Virus record (IMG/VR): IMGVR_UViG_3300032319_000060
Span: 1-38,336 of that record
DNA from: a virus
Taxonomy: Duplodnaviria; Caudoviricetes
Length of the DNA stretch: 38,336 bases
Reading direction: 5' to 3' (one strand)
Shown here in pieces: positions 32,029 through 38,336 of the stretch (position 1 is its first letter; every line of letters starts with the position of its first letter). The notes below the pieces were generated by a model. It was not told the origin of the DNA, did no database searches, and saw only the letters and a program-made list of their open reading frames with translations. A program made the position numbers and the translations under genes.

Positions 32029-33987
32029 TTAAATGCTTATGTTAGGTATCAACGATCCAATTCCAGATGCAATCGCACCAAACTGTTGCGCACCCGAAGG
32101 CTGACTTGCAACTGCTCTGCTATAGGCACCATAAGTATTAGCAGTATAATCAGCAAGAGTATTGTAAATGCTTGTGGCATTCTGCGCACCCATAAATCCA
32201 GCATTAGGATTAACATATCCGTATGGATTTGCAGCAGAAGATCCAGCTTGGAATTGCCCTGTCTGCTGTGGCTGTGAAGCCGCAAGGTAGTTGTTAAGCA
32301 TGCCCTGCTGTTGTCCCAAACGCTGTGATGCCAGGTTGTACATTGTTGGACCTCCAGCAATAAAGCCTTGGGCGGCACCAAGACGAGATTGTTCAAGCGC
32401 ATTGCGAAGTCCAAGATCGCGGGCTGCGGCTGCTCCTGTTGTCTCTCCAGAGCCAAGGAAAGCAGAAGCCGCACCATAACGTGCAAGCTTGCGTTGTTCG
32501 CCAGCCGCTCCAATCTGCGCCGCTTCCTGTACCGCTGGTCCAAGACCCTGTATGTTTCCACGGGCTGTTTGCGCTCCACGGATGGCCTGTTCGTAACCAC
32601 GCCGTTCTTCGGCTCCTAAAGTCGAACCAAGACGAAGCTGATTGAGTGCTTCCTGTTCGATCTGATTGCGAAGGTCTTCAGTCTGCTTTGTCGTTGTCGC
32701 TCCAAGCGGAGTCTCGGCCATTGTCTGGTACTGCTTGGAAAGACCACGAACAGTCGCACCAATCGTTGGATCAATGCTTTCAATTTGAGCAATTGTGCGC
32801 TCCTCAGGAAGACGGAGTGTTTCCCTAAACTTTGAAATTGAATCTGCTGCTTGCTGACCGCTTATTGGCTGATAATTGTTATAAAGATTCTGCGCCTCGA
32901 GTGTGTCCTTTTGAGCAGAGGCAAGCTGAGTATTGAGATTATCAATCGTTTTCTGTGCATCAGCCCTGCGCTTATCACCGGCAGGAAGATCGGTTAGGAA
33001 CTTGTTTGCCTGTGAAATCTGGCTTTGTAAATCTATGGTTGCCGCAGTACCAATATCATAAAGGCTTTTATATTGGTTCTTTCTGGCTGTATTGATGTCG
33101 TTAAGAATCTGATCATCTGTTACCTGGACATTCAGCTTTCCAGCAAGCCCGCCGGTTTGCATGACATTATCACCGCGCAAAGCCTCAAGCCCTGTTGAGA
33201 GTTTTGCTGTTCCGGCAACATTCTTGTTTGCATTCAATCCAAGGTCGGACAGGCCAAACCTAGAAAATGATTCAATATACTTTGGAGTGGCTTGGTTGGC
33301 TTCGGCAACAAGCCTAGCCAATTTATCCTGCTCAACAAAGAACTTGCCCTGCTCGCTCTGCCTTTGCGATCCCTTGGCGGTCTGCCCTATTCTGGCTTCC
33401 TGCCTCTTGACAAGTTCCTGCTGGTTTCTGATTGCGTCAATTGCATCAATCGCCTGTTGCGAGTTGGCAATGATTTGCTTCCCGCCTTGACCAAGATCCT
33501 TAGAGTCAAAATCACGAACCTGTTTTGCTAAAGATTGCAGAGATGCATAATCTTTTGCATTTATGTTTTCAGCACCAACAGACCTAATCGAAGCCAATGC
33601 ATTTGAATAATTATTTACTGCCTGTGTAAAGCTTCCTGCTTCTGCTCCAACTTGAATCTTTGGCAATTCATATTGATATTTTTGTGTCGCGGCATTGAAA
33701 TCAATGATCCCCCTCTTGGAGGTATATGCGGCAGGGTCAAGCTTGTAGATGTCTTTGATTACATCGGCCTGTGCCTTTGTTTCGTTGAATCTTCCCTTGG
33801 AAACATATTTATCTAAATCTGTAAGACCAAGCGCAGCATACTTGTCTTTGCTGGAAGTAACATCGCTTGCTACTGGCTTTTGAGCCTGATAAACCAATAC
33901 GCCCTTCTTGTCAGCTTCGTAAACCTTCCCGTCTGGATTGGTTACAATTGTTCCAGGTGGATAGTATGGATTCGCAGTAGTAGCCAT
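32029..33987 (-). CDS. Putative internal virion (DNA transfer) protein
   Basis: 652 aa, Gln/Ala/Gly-rich helical protein with a Gly-rich amphipathic C-terminus. Confidence 0.68.
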   Translation of the reverse strand: MATTANPYYPPGTIVTNPDGKVYEADKKGVLVYQAQKPVASDVTSSKDKYAALGLTDLDKYVSKGRFNETKAQADVIKDIYKLDPAAYTSKRGIIDFNAATQKYQYELPKIQVGAEAGSFTQAVNNYSNALASIRSVGAENINAKDYASLQSLAKQVRDFDSKDLGQGGKQIIANSQQAIDAIDAIRNQQELVKRQEARIGQTAKGSQRQSEQGKFFVEQDKLARLVAEANQATPKYIESFSRFGLSDLGLNANKNVAGTAKLSTGLEALRGDNVMQTGGLAGKLNVQVTDDQILNDINTARKNQYKSLYDIGTAATIDLQSQISQANKFLTDLPAGDKRRADAQKTIDNLNTQLASAQKDTLEAQNLYNNYQPISGQQAADSISKFRETLRLPEERTIAQIESIDPTIGATVRGLSKQYQTMAETPLGATTTKQTEDLRNQIEQEALNQLRLGSTLGAEERRGYEQAIRGAQTARGNIQGLGPAVQEAAQIGAAGEQRKLARYGAASAFLGSGETTGAAAARDLGLRNALEQSRLGAAQGFIAGGPTMYNLASQRLGQQQGMLNNYLAASQPQQTGQFQAGSSAANPYGYVNPNAGFMGAQNATSIYNTLADYTANTYGAYSRAVASQPSGAQQFGAIASGIGSLIPNISI

Positions 33988-33988
33988 A

Positions 33989-34447
33989 TTAAATTATTCC
34001 CGTCCTTGGTATGCCTTTCAGATAGTCAACCGGAGCAACGCCTTGGTTCTGCTGAACTTCCTGCGGTACTGCACTCATAGGAGACTGACCATAAAGACGG
34101 GCAAACTGAATCGCTGCCTGCTGACCCAATCCCTGCTGTGTGGCAAATGCATTTGGAGACATTTCAAACTGACGGCGCATAGCTTCGAGTGAACGCTGTG
34201 GGCCAAGTTCACGCTCGACCTGTAGTCCAGCTTGGGCTGCTTTCTGCAAGTCCAAAGCCGACATCTGGCGTTCTAGTTCGCGCTGGCGAGGCATATACTT
34301 CTCGCGCAGGTTCTGCTCAAGTTTAGCCACATCGGGCTGTGTCGCAATGTAAGTCTCAAGGGATGACCTGTAGAAAAGATCATTGGCCTTTGACGCATCC
34401 ACCGGATTGGGAGGAGGCGGAGGTGCAGGAATAGACGGCGATCCCAT
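33989..34447 (-). CDS. Putative small internal virion protein
   Basis: MGSPSIPAPPPPPNP N-terminus, Gln-rich; follows the acetyltransferase-like gene. Confidence 0.65.
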   Translation of the reverse strand: MGSPSIPAPPPPPNPVDASKANDLFYRSSLETYIATQPDVAKLEQNLREKYMPRQRELERQMSALDLQKAAQAGLQVERELGPQRSLEAMRRQFEMSPNAFATQQGLGQQAAIQFARLYGQSPMSAVPQEVQQNQGVAPVDYLKGIPRTGII

Positions 34448-34815
34448 TAGCGAAATGCCTTTCTCATAAACTTCATGTAATCATACTCCTTTGGTTTACC
34501 GGAACGGTTGAAAGTGATCCGCTTGCGAGGACCGAAACGCTCCGCCAAGAGCAACAGCAAGCACTTCAAGGATTTAGCACCTTTTGAGGAGATCGTCAAG
34601 TCCACAAAGACATTCTCGCCATCTTCGCTATGCACATAATGATCAGGCTTTTGCCCATCATTTACGCACCTAGCCAGGGCTACTCCTACTATGCCATCTT
34701 CATCTCTCACAATACCAACCATCCCCTGCCTCTCAAACCATCCAAACCAACCCACTAGATTGGGCCACATAGCCTCCGGAACACCGCTTTTCTCGATGTA
34801 TTCAATGGCTGTCAT
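34447..34815 (-). CDS. Putative GNAT-fold morphogenesis protein
   Basis: Alpha/beta pattern (GIVRDEDGIVGVALAR, VFVDLTI) and position between nozzle and ejection genes, where podoviruses often carry an acetyltransferase-like gene. Confidence 0.45.
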   Translation of the reverse strand: MTAIEYIEKSGVPEAMWPNLVGWFGWFERQGMVGIVRDEDGIVGVALARCVNDGQKPDHYVHSEDGENVFVDLTISSKGAKSLKCLLLLLAERFGPRKRITFNRSGKPKEYDYMKFMRKAFR

Positions 34816-34816
34816 A

Positions 34817-35047
34817 TCACCAATTTTTGCATGACCAGTATCTAGGAGTCATCTTGCTTGGTGGCTTTGAATCACAACCATGCCTAGCCCTAAAACTACG
34901 CCTGCGAGCAGGATTGTCCTTCTTGATCTTCATATCCGGATCTCCGTATCGAATAGTCTTGGACTGACCATTCTGACAGGCGCGGACAACAAACTTCTTG
35001 CGCTCGCCAGGGGTACGCCTTGGGCTATTGCAAGGTAATTCACTCAT
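34817..35047 (-). CDS. Small basic protein of a conserved viral family
   Basis: KKF.V, IRYGDP.M, RRRSFRARH.C and RYWSC..W motifs. Confidence 0.75.
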   Translation of the reverse strand: MSELPCNSPRRTPGERKKFVVRACQNGQSKTIRYGDPDMKIKKDNPARRRSFRARHGCDSKPPSKMTPRYWSCKNW

Positions 35048-36969
35048 AGTGTTTTCTGGATTTCAATCGTATCCGGATTGGCAGCGGCCGTGATCTGGCG
35101 AATTGCCATCTTATTTGCAATAGACGAAATCTTGATATTCAATAACCGCCATTTTTGGTATTTGCGCAGATCGCTTGCAAGCCTCTTTTTAACTGATGTC
35201 GGAAGAGTTGCTGGCAAAGCAAATTCAAGCGTAAGCGCAGAACTTGATATGTTTAGGTTTGGCTGGACATCAACATCGCCAACATCGGTATCACGCTGGA
35301 TGGATATGGTTGTATCCGTAGAGAATGAATCATCAAATATAACTTCAAAATGGCTTCCATATTTTACTGAAAATGGATCTCCAAAGTTAAAGTCTTTTGT
35401 ACGGACATATGACTCGTAATCAAATACGCCGGTTGATGTGGTTGTGGTTGTTCCAGATGTCGTTGTGTAAACCCCATAATCACGATAATCAGCAGATGTA
35501 ACCTGAGCTGGAGTCTTGTATCCGCTATATCTTGTAATTTGGCCGGTTGTCAATTTCATCATCAACCTCAAGCCTTGATCCTGAAAATTTGCTAGTGCAA
35601 ATTGCATTACATTCGGAGTCCATGTTCCCTCAAATGCGCCCAGCGTTGTGTTGTAAACAATGATTGTATCATTGTAATCATTTGATTCTGTTGGTACGGC
35701 AAGAAAATACCTGTTATCGTAAAAGTGAGCAGTAGCTATTCCTATCTTTGCCACATTGATTTCTTGAATGACATTCTTTATTACCTCAGATAGTGGAAGT
35801 CCAACAGATGTGAAATCGTCTGCCGTGGATCTTACAAGGGATCTAATTCCGTCATCCGAAAGAAAGAATATGTCGCTGTTTACCTGGACTGCAGATCCTT
35901 CCGCAACGCATCCTGTATTGTTTGAAATTAACTGAACAGTCCAATCGGCTGCTGTAGTTGCATCTGGAGGAATTGTTACTTGGAATATGCGCCTCTTTTT
36001 AAATACAATAATTCTGTTTTGATAGTATTGAACAATTGCAGTTATCTCGTCTCCGTCATCTGCATTTACAACAATGCTATTGGATGCATCCCAAATTGAT
36101 GCATCAAGAATATCGGATGCGTAAAGTGTGTTTCGTTTGCTTGCTGATCCAACTCCAAATAATCTATTGCCAGTATTGATTAAAAGCCTTAAATCTAGCG
36201 GAGGAGGGCTAACCGTTGCGGTGGCTGTTGCTCCAGATCCATTTCCAATAATTGTAACTGTAGGCGCGCCGGAATAACCAGATCCTCCGTCAACAACCGT
36301 AACACCAGTAACGGCTCCGCCAGCAACGGTTGTGATTAGCGTTGGAAGTGTGCCTCCCCAATCCGGTCCAGAGATAACTGCTGTTGCGCTTGTATAACCA
36401 CTGCCCGCTGTTGTTACTGTTATCGCTCTTACTTTCCCACCCTGCCTGGTCGCAATGCCAGTTCCACCCGTGGACGCTCCATCAAAATAGTAAAGTGGTC
36501 CATCTGCATCGGCCATGTACATCTTGTCGTTAAACTGAGCCATGCTGACTTTGACATCATAATTCGTTGAAAATCCGTCAGCCCATTGTTGGTTTTCATT
36601 ATTCCATATGCGTGTTGCACCAGTAAAATTATTCCATATTTCATCGGATGGACGTAATTGCGCATTCCCATTTGAATCAATTGTGTAAAGTCTTCCCTGT
36701 GTTACAGCTATTAGTCTTTCAGATTGCGATGTATCGTAGTATCGCATTCCACCAATTGATCCATTTTGGCTTGTTGCTGATGTGCTAAAACTTGTAACTC
36801 CCTTGCGTGTTTCAAGGCTACCCTTTGGAGATAGGGTCATATTGACTAATTGCTGAACTTGATTCTCAGCCAATAGATCAGATTGCAAACCGCTGGCTTG
36901 GCCTCCGGCAAAACTCCGGATTCCATCAAACGCCAGAAGATCGTCTAAATTGTCCGAGTAGTACGGCAC
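35044..36969 (-). CDS. Tail nozzle/tubular protein B (P22 gp10/T7 gp12-like beta-propeller)
   Basis: 641 aa, GTG start with AAGGAG SD; SFAGG, GSL..RKG, RLFG, LYASD, IIVFK, GC and FFLSDDGI motifs. Confidence 0.78.
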   Translation of the reverse strand: MPYYSDNLDDLLAFDGIRSFAGGQASGLQSDLLAENQVQQLVNMTLSPKGSLETRKGVTSFSTSATSQNGSIGGMRYYDTSQSERLIAVTQGRLYTIDSNGNAQLRPSDEIWNNFTGATRIWNNENQQWADGFSTNYDVKVSMAQFNDKMYMADADGPLYYFDGASTGGTGIATRQGGKVRAITVTTAGSGYTSATAVISGPDWGGTLPTLITTVAGGAVTGVTVVDGGSGYSGAPTVTIIGNGSGATATATVSPPPLDLRLLINTGNRLFGVGSASKRNTLYASDILDASIWDASNSIVVNADDGDEITAIVQYYQNRIIVFKKRRIFQVTIPPDATTAADWTVQLISNNTGCVAEGSAVQVNSDIFFLSDDGIRSLVRSTADDFTSVGLPLSEVIKNVIQEINVAKIGIATAHFYDNRYFLAVPTESNDYNDTIIVYNTTLGAFEGTWTPNVMQFALANFQDQGLRLMMKLTTGQITRYSGYKTPAQVTSADYRDYGVYTTTSGTTTTTSTGVFDYESYVRTKDFNFGDPFSVKYGSHFEVIFDDSFSTDTTISIQRDTDVGDVDVQPNLNISSSALTLEFALPATLPTSVKKRLASDLRKYQKWRLLNIKISSIANKMAIRQITAAANPDTIEIQKTL

Positions 36970-36979
36970 AATGACTCCT

Positions 36980-37678
36980 TTAGGCCGAGAACATTTCTTC
37001 GATGGTTAGTTCGCCAAGGCTTTGAGGGGTAATCTGCTTTATCCCACCAACCTGGCTCAATTCGTAATTAGCCATTGCAGCAAGATCTGTATTTGCAGTC
37101 TGCGTGATAGCCTGTGCCTTTGCATACTGCCGTTCACGCTCCAGAGCATCGGCATGAGTTAGGGCAAGAACCAAGTGATGCACATGAGGCAAGCGAAGTT
37201 CGTCATCCAAGGCAGCTTGAGATGGAGGAAAGTCAACAATGATGTTTGTGCGTGTAAGGCATTTAAGTTTTTCAACAACTCGCAAGGGAATAGTTCCGCT
37301 TGTCGCAAGCCTTGGGTAAAGATTTAATTCTGCAACTCCGCTGCTGTTGCGCCCCGTGAAGTGATATGTGTCCGGATCTCCGGTACGGGCATCGTCAAGT
37401 AATCCTGGGTCTTGGCTGATGATTGTTGCCAAGTCAATTGGATCAACCTCCGCATCGTTGTATGCAACGGAAAGAGGTGTTTCTACATTTGTCCCTAAAG
37501 TAATAAGGCGGGTTGTTCCGACAGAATAGGTCGAATTGGTAACAGTCTCGCGCCAGGGGGCAAAGTCCCATACACGACGATAGGCCAAACTTGCTGCTTT
37601 CTGTAGAAAAGTAAGCGTATCCGAGTCGGTCTTTCCGACCTTCTCACCTGCGTATTGCGCAATTTCAGATAGTGTCAT
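36980..37678 (-). CDS. Head-tail adaptor/tubular protein A
   Basis: MTLSEI..., WDF.PW, LYP.. and LP...HHLVL motifs; upstream of the nozzle gene. Confidence 0.7.
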   Translation of the reverse strand: MTLSEIAQYAGEKVGKTDSDTLTFLQKAASLAYRRVWDFAPWRETVTNSTYSVGTTRLITLGTNVETPLSVAYNDAEVDPIDLATIISQDPGLLDDARTGDPDTYHFTGRNSSGVAELNLYPRLATSGTIPLRVVEKLKCLTRTNIIVDFPPSQAALDDELRLPHVHHLVLALTHADALERERQYAKAQAITQTANTDLAAMANYELSQVGGIKQITPQSLGELTIEEMFSA

Positions 37679-37683
37679 TTATC

Positions 37684-37785
37684 TTATGATTGATTTACAA
37701 TGGATGATGGGTCAATCTCATTGTTATTTTCATCAAAATATTTAACTTCCCTTGTCTCACAATTTGATTCAATTCTTGCAATCAT
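37684..37785 (-). CDS. 33-aa protein following the tail fibre (possible chaperone remnant)
   Basis: Hand translation MIARIESNCETREVKYFDENNNEIDPSSIVNQS; AAGGA SD; fills the gap exactly. Confidence 0.5.
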   Translation of the reverse strand: MIARIESNCETREVKYFDENNNEIDPSSIVNQS

Positions 37786-37787
37786 AT

Positions 37788-38336
37788 TTATCCTTCGTAC
37801 ATGATGTTAATAGTTCCAGCATCAAATGTATTTGAGCCACCAACTGTTGTTACCCTGACTCTATCAAGTACTCCTCCAGTTAAAGTCTTTGATCCCCCTC
37901 CATTTTGTTGAATATTCGATCCTCCTTCAGAATAGAATCCGCATTGCTCAACCCATGTGTTGCTTCCAAGTGTTGAAATTATCATTGATCCGTGCAATAG
38001 GTCAGTTGCTGCAAAACTTAATATTGCATGAGTTGCAAATCCAGTTGTTGAAGGATTATACCGATTTACTTCTCCACCCCATCCAGCACAACTTTTATAT
38101 CCAGTTGCCTCAATTCCTGAAGCTGTTCCAATTCTAATTTCCATTGGAGATGTCCCAGTAGTACTAACTCCATTTAACATTACTGTAACTTTTTTTGCCC
38201 AACTTGGAATACCAGTAAAGTCAATTGCCGTTCCAGTAGTTGATGCAGTTTGCACTCCAGATGTTATGGGTTGAGAAAGTTTTGCTGGAGTTATTGTTGC
38301 AGCACCAATTGTTCCTGTCCCCTGGCTAATCGTAAA
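37788..38336 (-). CDS. Tail fibre protein, C-terminal (receptor-binding-like) part; continuation of 765-1
   Basis: IDFTGIPSWAKKVTV...LDRVRVTT...FDAGTINIMYE beta-sandwich tip; in frame with the ORF starting at 765. Confidence 0.85.
   Translation of the reverse strand, partial: FTISQGTGTIGAATITPAKLSQPITSGVQTASTTGTAIDFTGIPSWAKKVTVMLNGVSTTGTSPMEIRIGTASGIEATGYKSCAGWGGEVNRYNPSTTGFATHAILSFAATDLLHGSMIISTLGSNTWVEQCGFYSEGGSNIQQNGGGSKTLTGGVLDRVRVTTVGGSNTFDAGTINIMYEG
38214..38336. repeat. Exact direct terminal repeat (copy 2)
   Basis: Identical to bases 1-123. Confidence 0.97.

Noticed and set aside
1-38336. Diversity-generating retroelement, stop-codon recoding or integration module
   Set aside because: No reverse transcriptase or template/variable repeat pair, genes are intact under the standard code with dense packing, and no integrase motifs were seen.

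Overview
This window is an apparently complete, circularly assembled tailed-phage genome of about 38.2 kb: bases 1-123 are repeated exactly at 38214-38336, giving a 38,213 bp unit, and a tail-fibre gene spans the junction. The architecture is podovirus-like and almost all genes are on the minus strand. It encodes small and large terminase, a holin/spanin-like cassette, portal, scaffold, an N4-gp56-type major capsid protein, Thr/Ser/Gly-rich fibre or decoration proteins, adaptor and nozzle proteins, four putative ejection proteins and a GH108-like muramidase. The replication/recombination module has a Holliday junction resolvase, an SSB-like protein, a PD-(D/E)XK exonuclease, a Zn-finger primase, a RepA-type helicase and a putative origin. 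A modification-rich block carries GT-A and GT9 glycosyltransferases, a 2OG-Fe(II) oxygenase, a C5 DNA methyltransferase with a nested alternative-frame subunit, a PAPS-reductase-family protein and a possible nucleotide pyrophosphatase. A short plus-strand putative early island (12027-14371) is punctuated by a repeated AAACGGCAGCGCAG-like motif. I recognised no DNA or RNA polymerase, integrase, repressor, tRNA or CRISPR array. Lipoboxes and spanin-like genes point to a diderm host. The most interesting signals are the nested two-frame multi-TRD methyltransferase within the modification cluster, a DLGFDIIEPEVK peptide shared by the muramidase and the giant ejection protein, the repeat-bounded early gene cassettes, and a structured RNA candidate just upstream of the PAPS-reductase gene. 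All product calls come from motif recognition by eye; no database searches were run.
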